A DNA stretch of 64,000 nt, from positions 34,968,001-35,032,000 of the forward strand of contig OZ320322.1 in assembly GCA_976226885.1 (NCBI GenBank). Direction: 5' to 3'. Source of the DNA: Iphione sp. A-MEVVRFRX5. Its lineage: Eukaryota. The notes below the pieces were generated by a model. That model was not told the origin of the DNA. It was given only the letters and a program-made list of their open reading frames with translations, and made no database searches. A program made the position numbers and the translations under genes. Positions 38,201 to 53,200 of the stretch are shown in pieces (positions within the stretch are counted from its first letter, which is position 1; every line of letters starts with the position of its first letter).

Positions 38201-41200
38201 GCAGGTTTTCAAACAAAAAGGAAAATATTATTTTCACACTTTAAACGTATTATGTTTATCATGCTATACTAAGACGGTTTCTATGTCTGTTCCATTATAA
38301 ATATAAAGCGAGCCCTTTCTGGAAGTAACATTCAAACCAGATAATAGGGCTGGGAGGTTTTCACATTGTCCAACTTTTCACTCCCTTTTGCTAGTTTGTA
38401 CCTCTCAAACCTTTGCACCTGTCATGGAAGGGTTTCAAACTAGAACCACTGGTTATACTGTTCACCGTAAGCATGTTTATTCATGGTCACATCACTGGCA
38501 GTAAAGCCACTCCCAGGCTGTACACGACCTTTCACTGCCCAGCAAAGCATCTTTTTTTGTGTGTATTACACAGTTTAATGTGAATTGTGCCCTTGTTCTG
38601 TATGAAAGGATGGAATTGCGTTGTGTTATTGCTGTGATTCGACATGGAGACCGCACGCCAAAACAAAAGATGAAGATGGAGGTCAGACATAAGAAGTGAG
38701 TTTCATCTACTTGCTTTGCAGTTTTTCTTGGTAAACAAGCACACTCACCATTTTACAAACCAGCTGATAGCTGCCACAGTTTTCACTTTGTTGAGGACCT
38801 GTATTGTGAAGAGGGCTGACTTTTAGAACAGGGTTATGTACGTTTTCCCAGTGCAGTCAAACAGTCACTATTTCGCCATTAAGGATTTGTGAAGCTTACT
38901 GTAGAAACTGAAGCTGAATAACTGTGAATTTCCTCTCAGTGGAATTGATAGTTGATGCCAGAACTGTAGCTGCCGTGGCTTCCTTATGTTCCAGACTTGC
39001 ATATACATGTACTTGATATTTCAGGTTCTTTGAACTCTTCCAAAAATACGGTGGCTTCAAGTCGGGCCACCTGAAGCTGAAGCGACCCAAGCAGCTACAA
39101 GAGATCCTTGACATTGCCCGCTTTCTGCTCAGTGAGATTAAAACCAATTCCGACCCGGAGATCCAGGAGAAGAAAAAGAAACTGGAACAGCTGAAGGCCG
39201 TCCTGGAAATGTAAGCACTTGCTGCATGCCTGTTTACCTGTTCCAACAGACTAGACAAGATGCAAATTCATCATTGACAATCCACCTTTGTATAGTGGTA
39301 CTCGTACAGTTCATTTGATAGCTTAATGATAAGCATCCCGAATATATTAGTATTACTAAATTTCTTCTTTGATGAATTATGACCGTATGAGATAATATCC
39401 TAACCATATTGATTATTTGTATGTATCCTAACTGCACAAAAAAACTTTTTCGGCCTGAGGTATTAACCGGACAGACAGTGACATCCTCAATTTGTCTGTC
39501 TTATAATTTTCGCTGTTAGATAAGGGCCGCCTAGGCTGACCGCAGCTGTGTACTAACTCCCTCTTAGTCCTCTCCGAGATAATACCCTCCTAAATGCCAT
39601 TAGGGTTAGGTTCTTTGTAATATACTTTCATTTTACCTTTGTTACCTCCCGTCCCTCCAATCATTAGCTTCAGAAACTGTTGAGTTCTGAAAATGCCAGT
39701 GAATTCCTATCTTTCTTATAAAATCCAGTCCTTGAAGCTATACGAATCGTAAAGATGATGCATGACATACATGCTATAGCAGATCGTTGTGGTGCACTTT
39801 TGAAGTTGTCATTGTCTGTCATTCATGCCATAGGATGTCGCAGATAAGACAAGCAGTTTTTTTTTTAATATCTGATTTTTACTCGTTGACCTTTATATCG
39901 TGAAACTTGAACTAACTTTTAAAACAGACGGGGCCAACGCAAAATTTTGGGAAGGTCATTCAGGAAAGTCTCTCACGTTGCTGTAAGCCAAAATTTTCAC
40001 CTTAACGGCACTTTGTATGATTGGCCTTTCAGCATTGAGGAGTTACCACGCGAGCTCATTAACAGGAAAGTGGTGTTTTTACACAGTCTAAGCACTTCAC
40101 AACTGATATATATTTCTTCAGGGTTTCACCTATACATTTAGTTGTTGTCTTTATCGGGTGCTGAATCTACATGGTCAGACTAGTCTGTGAAGAAGGGTTC
40201 AGTTGGGGAGTTTTTTTTCCCGATGCTTTAATTATGTGTGTCAACCGTTAACATAACAACCTATGCGACTCACACTCCACAAGCATAGACTGGCACAGAT
40301 AATTTTTCTCTTTGTCAGTGGGAAATCTAACCTACAAAGCCAATAGGAGTCCCTGCACGCCACTGATTTTTGTGATATTTCTTGACCGCCACCTAGCCTA
40401 GTCTACCTATCCACTGCAATTATAGCAGTAATATATTATATGCTGTAATATGCAAGCAGTGCAAGCAATGTTTTGAGGTCCTTCCATTTAGAACTTTGCT
40501 CTTTTTGGATGCCAAGAATTGTGTGTAACTTTTTTTTTATTGTCTCAGTGAAGCCTCGATTCAGAGCACGTTAGTGTCCTTTCACGTAGTTTTTGCTTTG
40601 ACCGTTGGTAATGCTGTTAATGTTTACAGGGTATAATTTAAGCAATTTTTGAAGGGAATTTCGCACCAATGTATTGGTAATATAACGACAGATCTTTTAA
40701 GATTAATTTGCGACAGTTACTGAATTTTAACCGCATTAAATAAAAGAGAAGTACACTGTATATTTTTGCCGGTACTCTCAGTCGTTCAGCTTTCTTATTT
40801 GCAAATATATTGCAGACTGCCTCAAAAGAAAATATTGCTGACTTCGGTGATAAGAATCAGAATTATACTACTAATTAGGACCGGTTATCTTATCCTCTGT
40901 GTGGTTCTTATGCTAACTGTTTTGACATGATGTATAAAGCGACTTGAATTACATGCGAGGGTAGGAGTGTGGTTGTCCCCGCGGAGGGTTGTACATAGGA
41001 GAGAAGCTTCACTTGGTCTGACATCTAGATGAGCACACTGCTACGAGCTGCCAGTGCTACGTGGTTAGATCCTCACCTTTTGTTTTCTTTCGCCCCACTC
41101 AACACACATTCCAAATTGGCAACCACCTCGTATGATATTAATACAGCCTGTGTCCTCGCATTCACCACTGATGGTGATATTTTACAATGACTTGAAATCT

Positions 41201-44200
41201 GTTTAATAGATCGTTTTATTCTTTTTTTTACGTAAGATGCAATTTAAGAAAAAAGTCAATCCTTTGTTTGTAATAAATAACAAAACAGTTCGTCTACCTT
41301 CTGTTTCTGCCGCGCAGTACGTAGCAGGAGACCATCGTCATTACAACGCTGTGATTATTCCACCAGTCCTTGTCAGTTCGATCGAAACACATCAGTATGC
41401 CAAAGTGATGTGTGTTGAGTTCGTCTATATATCCAGTCATGCTTAAATGTTTCTTCAGTCATTACTCCAGTCTTACCGCATTCCTTTTCCTTTTTTATTA
41501 CGTGGGAACATTCCTCCAGTTCATAGTCGCAGTACAGCAGTTGTTTCAAAGTAGTGTTTGCTATGGTATATATGTTATGCATCATGCGTCGTGCAAAACT
41601 GTTTGTCAGATTTACCTTTGCATACGATAAGTTTCCCACGCCAGACCCGTCTAGTGGTTTCGGCCAGAGCGTGTGCCCGCCTCCCATGTCCGGGGGTCGA
41701 TCTGTCCACTGTGTACTTATGCTAGGAAGTAGGGCGGTACCACGTGCGAATGTTACGTTATCGTTTGGCTGCGTAAACTGGTAATGTAACAGATCAAAGG
41801 ATCTCCCGTGTTCGTCCACTTTAACACTGAGCCCTCCTTTGTTTTTCTTTCATCAGCTCAAAATCTACTTGGCTGTTTTCCGTTTTTTTCTCATTGTTTC
41901 CTTACCATTGCCATAGAATCTCTACTCGATGTGTACTACACTTTGGGAGAGCTTTTCGCAGGACTTGACAAATTAAGGCATGAGATAGGTCTCATATCCT
42001 CTCGTGCTTAAGACTCAGTGTTACCCACAATAGCTCGATGGTTCTGGATGAACAGACATGCCTGCTATTAGACGTTTTAGATATTGCTTACCTGCCTTGG
42101 TCTTGCCAGAGGCTTTCATTATTATATGTACGAACAAATTGAAATCAACTTCAAACACATTCGATCTAGTGATTAGCACTATAGGCTAACTGAGATGGTT
42201 TCCTCAAAGTGCCCGTTTATGTACGTTGTATTTCAAGAAAACCACCAACGTATACAATGCACGTAACAAAGTATTGCTATCGATCAAAGGCTGGTACTGT
42301 CGGTATCAACAACTGTATCTTTGCCCTTAATTCATTCGTTTATGCGGATTTTCTTAGTAACCTATGTGTGTGTCCTTTATGCATTCGCAGATAGAGTAAA
42401 ATTCAATTCTAAAAAGTTTAGATATATATATGGTGTCGATAAAGTGAGTAATTTAGTGATGAAAACATAACGAGATCGCGACGAAATTCAAGAATAAAAC
42501 TAGTTAAACACTCATTCATAGCCAAAAGATTTAGATAACCTGAATTATGCTTTCCTTTACAGAGACGCCAGTATGATGTGGCATGGTTTCTTCCTGATAA
42601 TCATATATTTTCTTTTTTTTTCATCTACCACCGTGCATGACGATTACTTACATTGTAAAGTACCTCCTGTCGAAAGATTTTTTCAGACAGATCACTACGC
42701 TACCAATTGGTCTTTTATGTTTTCTCCTGCTGACTCGCTTCCCACTGTTGATTATCTAGGTATGGGCATTTTTCGGGCATCAACCGCAAAGTGCAACTTA
42801 AGTACCAGCCCAAGGGCGCACCCCGCAGGTCATCTGACGACGACGGTGTGTATTGCATAGTCTGCGTGAGGTGACGGCCCGCACTCTCGAACACCATCAC
42901 CACTTCGGTCTCTGTATTACTTTTGTTAATTTCCAAGTCTCATATGCCCCTGCTTTCGGGGAAGGGGAGGGGGGGTGGGAGGAGAGAGAATGAGGTCAGC
43001 AAGGACTTCAAAGCGGGAAAGAGTAGGAGCAATTTTTACTGCTTCTGTTTTTGGCTTATTGTTTAACATGTAGGCTCCTCCTTAATAGATTACGAGAGCT
43101 CAAAAGTGGGTGTGTTGACCACAGTCAGTCACACTTCTGGTTGTTTTGAAGAAAAAAATCTTGCTACCTCTTCTCTCTGCTGCCTTTAGATACCTTAGAA
43201 ACAGATGGATACCGGAGTGTCTGCTCTAATCAAAATCGAACTGTTTTTTTTATAAAAAAGAAATGTACTTTCCATATTTGGTGTAGGTACAGTTTTTCTG
43301 GAATCAATCGCAAAGTTCAACTGAAATACCAGCCCTTAGGCTATGCCAGGTCGTCTGGGGACGGTTCGTAGCTCACTTTGTACGACTAATCCTATATTCC
43401 ACTGCATTGTCTCGTGAGCATTGCCCGTGTTATTGGCTTCTACCAGATTTTTTTTCATTATTTTGTTCACATTTCTAATGCTAACCAGAATTTAACAGGT
43501 TTCACTAATTGTCATACATGTCTTTGTTTTAGTTTCGATTAGTGAACACTAATAACAGTCCTAGTCATTAGGGTAGGCTGCTTAATGGTGTACATACGTA
43601 GATAGAACCACGTGTACAGCCATTGCTATACATATACGTATCGACTCGTATGCATCAAAGGCATTTACCACGTCGCTTGTTCAAATTCAGTATTGACAAA
43701 ATTAACTTTCCTAAACAAAAAGGAATGAACTGTTGCTACCCTCCCCGCCTGTAATCACGTAGATAGTGGAAGAATTAATATTGCTCGCATAGAAGGTGAC
43801 ATTTAAGAAATTAAAAATTAGATTAACCTTTAGGATACTGACGTGCCCTAAACCAGACTTGCCTGGCAATAGCTAGTAAAATTTGCATAAAAAGTGAAGC
43901 CCGTCAATGACAGTCAAAAGCAAACTTCATCCTGGTAAACTAAAACAGTATACAGTCATGTTGTGATTCTTGTACAAATGGAATTTTCATGGACGCGCAA
44001 CTTGATTTGCATATGTCATCTCTTCAATTGGCCTATCTTATGTGTTTTGTCTTTGTGTGTTAATTTAGAGGCTGCTCCCCCACCAACACAAACTGGCAAG
44101 TAGTTGCCAAAGCTCTCTTACCATTGGTCCGCTGTGACCAGGGGATGTTAGATCATGCAGATACACGCTTACACTTTTAAAACTAAGTCTCTAAATGTGC

Positions 44201-47200
44201 TGTTGCAAGAAGTAGTGACGAACAATTAGATGTGGGCATGTAAGAGTCCTTGGCCGCACTTAGTTTCTATAGATCGCTCAGTTAACCCCTTACCGTCCAA
44301 GTTAATTCATGTTTTGGAAAGTGGAACCAGAGGTAAAAGATTTACTGTCCCCCTGTGTGTAGCATTCTAACAAAACTGCAATTATATCATATATCATTGT
44401 AAACCTTAGGAATTGCACTTTGATTTGGCATTAATCTTATTCTTATAATTCAGTTGCCATGGTAACAGGAAAGTCCTGAGTATAAACCATTTTTTATGAA
44501 AATAATGAGAAATGTTCTCTTTTTGACAATAAATATCTGGAAAGAGTTATAAATATTGTTTTTAGAGAGAAACTTACATTGAGGAAATCATCAGTAAGTG
44601 ATTTGGAATCTTTTGATGCCTCATTTGTTATTGTACATGGTTTAAGTACTTTGTATCATAAGCTGCCATTTTGCATCTATTACCAAAAAAATTGTAAAAT
44701 CCTATACATCCACTGCATCAATGGTATTGCATCAGCAGACTTCAGATGTAACCATGGTAACAAATTAAATAATTGGTCAATGATTTTAGCTAGATCTAAA
44801 TTCCTATAGGCAGTTAAGGATTCTGTATGTATTTTTTATAGAAAATGTAACAAATTTTCAACAGCTTGGGCAGATATAATGTGTGTCCCCATAATAAAGC
44901 ACAATGAAAAATACTTCTCAGTCTATATATGCCCATTGCTAGTGGAGGTGTAATGGATATTGGTCTGTTATATTTTATGCAATGAAATAAAAAAGAGTGC
45001 AAACTGTGACAAAGTTACTCAAAACAAGAAATCAACTCAAATTCTAAAGAATTATTTTCAAATAGACCACAAATTTCTATATTAATTCAAATATTCAAGG
45101 GCTTGCTTTCATTATAATACATATTTGTAGGGCTTAACATGGCACTAACCCCAATTTATGCAAATGAAGTAGGTCATGTGACCAATTTCTGGGACTTCCC
45201 ATTCAAAACAGTACAATTTTTGGTCAAACCTGTGAACAACACCATATCTTGGAATTATTTGGACAGAAATTGGGAAAATAACTTTAAAATTAATGTATTT
45301 ACATTATCCCAAAGACCCATCGTACATATCTGTACGATTTTACCATTGTTGGACGGCAAGGGGTTAAACCCTGTCTTAGACGAGAGATTTAATGTCCACT
45401 TACTGTAAATATTTCTAAAGCTTGTGATTTGCTTATTTCCCTTGGCATTCTTTTTTTCTTGGAGGGGTATCTTTTTCCTATTAAATGGATTGTAACTATT
45501 TGAAAAATAAAGACATTTCTTTTCCTTTTTTTAAGCAAATTCGCTTTCCGTCCTGGTTTTGTTAAGAAAGCATGTATTTTTCACGAAAATATAATGGAAC
45601 TTGTATTCATCCAGTAAATTGTGCTTGTGCATGTCTTGGTAAATTTACTTAGATAATACGTGTCTTGTTTTTTTATTGTTGAATGTTGGTGTGCTTTACT
45701 TGGCACCTACTCCAAAGTTCATTTATTCTGTAGGTTTTTCCTATGATTGAAAATGGGGCACACTGGTAAATATTTCTGTGATGTCGGTGCTTAAAAATTA
45801 AGGTACTGTTTTAAATGTTGAAGCACAAGTAATGTTTAGTCTCCGTACATGACTCTCTCTGTAGTATTACCTTACACATTGTATTGAGTGATTTTTCCAT
45901 CAACACTTCCAGTTTCTCTGCAACATAAGGGGCCTCTTATAAGCGTATTATTCATCGGTGCAGTGGTAAACAACATCTAACCTTTGCTATATGTTGCATG
46001 TGATAACGCAGACAGTCCACGCGAGCCCTCACTCGTGCTCATCTTGAAGTGGGGTGGCGAACTGACTCCAGCTGGCAAGATCCAGGCAGAAGAGTTGGGC
46101 AAGGCCTTCCGATGCATGTATCCTGGCGGGCAAGGTAAGACGTACAGCTGTCGAGGCCTTTTTATGTCGAAAATTTGTCACTTTTATTTTTATTGCAGGT
46201 GATATTGGAAGAATATTTAAAGGGAGGCACGTTGAATTCATACCTTAGTGGTGGACTTTCAGATACAATATACAAATTTGAGTCGTCTTTTTCCTCACTT
46301 CATATCACTCTCCGTAGAGATAATTTTTGTTTTGCCCCACAACTACCTCCCAGGAGAAAAAAAAATAAGGGGGGGAACTAAGAATACTACTGTCCGACCA
46401 CTGCACTGCCATACCCACAATATATTCAATAATGTAACAAGACCCGAATCATCAGCCAAGTTAAGTCTCTGTGAACTTTAATATTTCAATAGCACAGCAT
46501 GGTTCACTTGTTTAGACTTCTCCCTGGTCATTGTATGATCCTCGCGCTGGTTAGTGCTTTTTTTATACATCGGCTGTCCAGAACTCTGCAGTGCCTGTGT
46601 ACACGTATCACGAAAGTCTCTTCTTGCCGCCTCAGGTGATTATGGCCAATCTCCTGGACTGGGGCTGCTGCGGCTCCATAGCACCTTCAGACACGACCTC
46701 AAGATCTACGCGTCGGATGAAGGACGAGTGCAGATGACTGCCGCAGCCTTCGCTAAGGTAACAAGTCAAACAACTGAAACACGTAATCACGATGTCTGCC
46801 GCAGCCTTTGCTAAGATCAGTAAAATGAATTAAACGCAAACGTGTTGTAGAAGTTACTCGACATTAGAAATATAAAAAAATTAGTACCATTACTGAACAC
46901 TGGGTGTCTCCCTTAGAAAAGTCCAGGTGGCGTCACTGTAGAGAGTATATCCCATAGCTACTTTTAGTTCAGCATTCGGTACAAAGTCAAGGTCACATTT
47001 CACTTGTATGTCCATATAATTTACTGATTATCAGGATGACTACTGCAGCCTTCGTTAAAGTAATAATCACACACATTAAACATGAATTATCACACTTGGC
47101 CAGGGCAGGGCAAGGAACCACTGCTGAGGGAAAGAATTTGATACCCTGGGCAAGATGAATCGATTTCTCGACCGCCTCTCCTGTTCTCAGGAATATTGGC

Positions 47201-50200
47201 CTCAGACTGTGAGAATCGAGACCGTAATGTGAGAAAAAGTTGTATGATGGAATAGAAATTGCTTCCTCTGGACATCCAGAGCGGCATGTTCATCAGCGCG
47301 ACTCACCTCTGGGCAACTCAAGTAGGAGGGCACCAAGAATTAGGGGCAATTTTTCAATCCAAATACGAGTTAATATACATGTATATAGAAAAAAAAACAA
47401 CTTGCTAATAAGGCCAACTCTCCAGTAGAATTCGCTGATCCCACTAGTGGTTGCATCAGAGGGTTTCTACTGTATACAGGCTTTAACTTTGTGTTGTTGG
47501 TGTGTTTGTAACTCGCCATACATCTAATTGTGATAAACTGTTATTGTACATGTATGGAATGAACCTCGTTATTCTTGTTTCAGGGGTTCTTGGCGCTGGA
47601 AGGTGAACTCACACCCATCCTCGTACAAATGGTGAAGAGTGCCAACATGAATGGGCTCCTCGATAATGACAATGAATCATCCAAGTACCAGAACATGTAA
47701 GTATAGGCGTTAACTGTTCACACAAAAAGTACACGCCTAGGGAAAGGCCAACCTAAGCGATGAGTTGTTGGATGTGTAAGGAAGTTGAGACGAGGGCGGA
47801 GAACGTATGTATGGTATAGTGGTAAGGGGCCCAGTGAACAGGTACACAGAACAACAGGAGTGGTGTTGGGTAAGTCGAATTCTTCATGTGTTGAATGACA
47901 ACGAAAGCTGGTGGCCAAGCGAGAAAATACATATCGTTATGTTAGAACCAGAAGATGGCTTTGGTTGCTGTTTCTACCTCTCTTGTGAAAGCTGGACGCC
48001 TATCACCATACAATGTTCCTACTGGTCATCTGTTTTTCTTCCTTCTCACAATGTGCGAATTTCTAAAGGTATATGATTTGCATATCTCTGTAGCCTCTAC
48101 TTTTCCTGAGTGTCAGATCAGTCTGATTTCTTTCTTTCATTCTCCACCCATCAAAACCCATACTCGTCCCACATTTACTGATGCCACTCTCCACGTCGTT
48201 TGTCACTGTCTGTTGCTGTTGTCTAATTCAAGGCAAACTGCTCTACTAGCAAGCCTAATCGCTGTCACTGACCCGTCCCGTGCCCGTGATCCGTACACCA
48301 CATGCGGTGAAGAGGCAGGTTGCTTGAAGAGATTGTTGCTTTTTTTAAACAACCAGATATTACCAACAAAAAAAGGAAATAGGAGCACAAAAAAATCGCC
48401 TTAACAATATACAGTGGGCTTTGCAGCACTCGGGTATGAACAGAAAAATCACAAAGAGCCACGTCAGTGTCCTCCTGCTGACTCCTGAGATGGTTTTGTT
48501 TGTATTTGGTTTTTGCAGATGTAGCTGTAAGGCGCCGTTGTTTATGTCATAACTGGGGAGTTTTTATGATTTAAAATGAGAACTTGTTGAGTCACCAATT
48601 TAACTATTAATACCCTCAGGTTTCACATGGTTATCCTATGTTATATGTTATGCCTATGGTATAAATGAGATCACACACGGGGTTACCATTAGATATCGTG
48701 CCTGATTGACCCATATATATTTTGTCCTGACCAAGAAAAAAACCTATTAACTTTTTTCTAAGGAATCAGAATCCATCAATGATTGAATTTTCTATTAAAA
48801 CACCGCCTCGCTTTTTTTAGAAAAATGATTTCCATATATAATGCATTCTTTTTCCTATTTTTAACCTATCTGGTATAGATTGGTACAGAATTACCAACTC
48901 AAGTAAGTTTTGATTTTATCCCGAGTGAGTTTGGTCTGCTGTTTGGTGGAGTTCCTTTAGAGAAATTTGTATCATATCAACAAGCACCCAACGTCAGCTT
49001 TTCCTCTCAAAGTATTAAAGCAGGGAAACCTAAAATAACCACGCAGGAAAAGAAAGTAAATTTTACTCTTAACATTGCTCAGTTCTGTGAAGATGTCCAG
49101 CAATGAACAGAACCTAACTCAAAATAACTATCTGAATTCACGTTCATTACTCGTTAGCTGTAATTCTATCGACATTAAAAAGAAGGCTATTCAAAATATC
49201 TCTACCTCTCCGTAATAATTGATGTCACAGAATTGTAAAACTTTAGAAGTTCTGATCATGAACGAGGCAAACGAAATATCCCTATTATCTGGTTATTTTA
49301 ACGGAGGACATGTTTCGTGGCAAATTCCGAAGCTGTCCTGCTGAGACATCATCCTCTTTCCCTGGGGAAAAACAGCCAGTATTTTCTTTTCCTGTTAACA
49401 TACCCTGATGGATCCGTCCGTGACTCACTCACACATTCCGTCCAGCTTCTAATTCTAGTCAACTAAGATGTCCTGGCCTGTGAACGTGTAGGACTCTTGA
49501 ACGTGTAGGACTGATATGATCGTTTTTTTTTTCTTTATTTCATTTTTTGACAAGTCTGTGTTATACGTGATGCCTGTACATGGAGTTATTTGACGGTGAC
49601 TTTATGTTAGCATCTCATCTACTACTGTAGGTTTGCTTCTGTTGTTCATCCCATTGATACTAACAACGATTTTGTCAGTACGGTATATGCACGTTTGAAA
49701 ACAGTTGTGACCTAAAAGGAAACACTATATGAAAATTTTTTTTTTTTTTTTGTTATAACGTTTTGGTTGGCCTGCCTCAAGTGGGAGGACCTGAGGAATC
49801 ATTTGTCCCAGACTGCATCTTTCCATCCGTTCTAGGGTCAATTCACATGTTGTTTTTTAACGATGAAACGAGGCGAGGAAAAAAACATTGTTTTCTTAAT
49901 AACTTTATTATTTATCTAACTCTTTGATATAATAGAAAAAGATTACATATGTACATTATTGATGCTTCTTACAGATTCAATACGATGGTGGTGTAATTAC
50001 AAATTCATAGGATATGACATGATGAATTTGAAGTACTAGATGGGGGAACACTATGTACAGCAGTGAATATATTTTAAAAGGAGATAACTTTGTATAATGT
50101 TTGAGCGAGAACTAGCACTGAAGTTAATCTTGAGTGGTCCATTTGTAACCCCATCTCCTGCCCCCCCCCTGCCCCCCCCCGAATTCGTCGATAGTAATCT

Positions 50201-53200
50201 GTGTAAGTAAGCCTACCTCAGTTTGAGCTAGATTTCCGACTCTGGCCTTTTGCAAAAACGATTATTCACTCGTTGGGAATTACACTCCTGCCAATGATTT
50301 GCCCACTACAAGTAGATTAAACAAATGTATCAGACACATGACTCTAACCTCCTGCCTAACGCGTCGGTGGGTTTTAGCTGAGGCAGCCTGACATGTTGTT
50401 TGCTGTTGGGAGCATGAGAACCCATTCTCGACTTGTTCTAAATACCAATGAAGCATGATTTCACTATTGAGATTATTGTCTCTCTCAAAGGAAGCACGAA
50501 TAATGTGGCTGTTTGAAACCAAATAATAATACCCGGTATTAAAGTGATGATAATGAACCTTTTAATGAACCCACATTTGTGGCATTGTGACGAATGTCAT
50601 TTAGCATTTAACTAGAAGGAAATGGTATTTGAATATGACATTTGTAGTCGGTGCCCGAGTTGCTCATTAATAGCATAACTTGTAGTGAATGGATAATAAG
50701 TTGTGGTTTAATGCAAAACACGAGCCTTTGTAAGGAATTAATTCTAGACCAAGTAGATAATTTAACAAGATTCTGTTGAAACAGGTCTCTTTAGGTCTCT
50801 TAAGGCAGCCTGTCGCCAGTTGGTGCTGTGATTGTAACATTTATGACTCTGTCGTAACATTGATATGTTTTAATTAATTCTAGACCAAGTAGATAATTTA
50901 ACAAGATTCTGTGGATGCAGGTCTCTTTAGGTCTCTGAACGCAGCCTGGTGTCAGTTGGTGCTGTGATTGTAACGTCTACGACTCTGTTGTAACATTGAT
51001 GCGTCTTACTTTTATTTATTGCCTCTCTCAATACTGTTTCTGTTTCTTCTAGTCCATTAGACAAAACTGAATCTTGTTTGCTGGCTAAACTAAGAGGCAG
51101 GTATGTGCTTGATGCGGACACTTCCGCTCAATCCCCACAAGCTTGTGACCTGTGTTCGTTGTCCCTCGTTCTCATTTGTCTGATTAAGATGCATAATTCC
51201 TTAATCGCTTACACCCAGTCCAGACCCAAAATGTCATTTACATCCGAAGCATCTAAAGGAGGACTAGGGACCTCATAAGAGCCATAACAACTTAGGGTGT
51301 AGCTCCGAACAACCGCTAATAATCACGTCAAAACGAAATGTCAATGCCTCATGCATTGTACAACATGACTGCGTTTACACTGTATGATTGCACTACTCCA
51401 TTAACCCTTTTTTGCGCACTACTTTTTGCCCGCGGTCAGTTTTGTACTGTTTTATGTCACAAGTTGTTTTAAGTCAACATATTCTAGCCTCCAACGTAAT
51501 AGCATTTTAAGCCGTTTAATGGCAGCTCATCACTGGAATGAAAAAGAAAGAGGACACTCCTGTCTTGTTGTTTATATGAAGATTAGAGCTTCTCGGTTTT
51601 CGACATTTCAGTGTGAAGGAGAAGCTGCAAGGCATGCTAAATCTAGACCGGGAGCTCACCGATGAGGACCGAGAAAAGGCAAGTTAAGGCACAAGAAATC
51701 CCTCCTTTTAGCATACATTCTAACGGAACAAGATGAAATATCGACGCTAGTGCTTCGTGTACATCTTGAATCTATCATTCGCACCTTTTTTTTTCTCCCA
51801 AACTAAATAACCAGAACAATGCTCTATTCCCCTTGTAGTTGGCCAGCACAGGTAGTACATCTTTAATGAAAGCCCTGGAATCTATTGGCAATCCAAGCAA
51901 GACCTGCAACAAGATCTACGACATTATGAACCGGCTCTTGGATCGCATTAAACAACTTAGAGACGATCCTAAAGCTGAAGGTAGGACAAGCAGTGATCTT
52001 ATGTGTCGACCTCCCCTCCGTCAGCCACCTCTTGTTAAGACACTGTATATGTCATGCACGCTAAATCAGTGAATGATCTCGTACAAAACTTAGTAAACAC
52101 AGNNNNNNNNNNNNNNNNNNNNNNNNNNNNNNNNNNNNNNNNNNNNNNNNNNNNNNNNNNNNNNNNNNNNNNNNNNNNNNNNNNNNNNNNNNNNNNNNNN
52201 NNNNNNNNNNNNNNNNNNNNNNNNNNNNNNNNNNNNNNNNNNNNNNNNNNNNNNNNNNNNNNNNNNNNNNNNNNNNNNNNNNNNNNNNNNNNNNNNCGGG
52301 GCATCTATGGTATATAACTGTATTACTAATAACTTGCTTTGATTGCCAGATATGAAGCTGTATCACTCCGAATCATGGGAGTTAATGCTTCGTCGATGGA
52401 GTAAATTAGTGAAGGACTTCCGAACCAAGAACGACCAGTTCGACATCAGTAAGATCCCCGACATATATGACTGCATCAAGTACGACCTACAGCACAACAG
52501 TAAGGTGCTGCGCTTCCCCGAGGGCTCCGAGCTTCACACCCTCTCCAAGGCTTTGGCCGACATAGTAATACCTCAGGTAGGTCCAAGTCCGTGATTGCCC
52601 ACCATTGGATTGATTGCTGAAGTTTGAAGTCAGCGGCTGCAAGAGAAAAGCCAAGAGTGAAGGCAGCAGGCGTTTGAAAATCGCGGTATTCCTCCCCGGT
52701 AGATATAGACAGTTACACATGTATCAACAGAATGTAAGCCTGAATGATGACTCATTTTCACGACTTGTAGGAGTACGGTATTACACGGGAGGAGAAGCTG
52801 ATGATTGGACAGTGTATCTGTACTCCGCTGTTAAGGAAGATCCTCGTGGATCTGCAGCGCAATGTCGATGAGGAGAGCACCCGCCTAGACTCGAGGTGAG
52901 TTCTGCATCTCCATCTAACACACGGCCCTCCTGCACATCTGGTTATTGTCACCTCTTAGGAGTAGTGAGGACCACCGTGGTTTCTAGATGCATTTATATT
53001 GCATCTAAGCCAGCCAGCACCCGCCCAACTCACGCTCGCTGATTCGCGCCTTTACCGAGTAGGGTGTTTGAGGGGCTGATTAGTAAACGCGACAGGGAAA
53101 AAAACCTTCAGTTGCTTAATGGAGGTGTCGCCGTTTGGGGCGAAGTCTCCTGTCACAGCATCATTTCATACGGGTATTTCTCACGCGCATGTTACTTCTA

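Noticed and set aside
41373-41819. 148-aa minus-strand ORF in a CpG-rich intronic patch (possible nested gene)
   Set aside because: No domain, no splice or poly(A) context; weak ATCCTTTG...CAAAGGAT inverted ends suggest a non-autonomous repeat.
47955-48404. 149-aa intronic ORF
   Set aside because: Non-canonical start, composition typical of intron sequence, no homology recognised.
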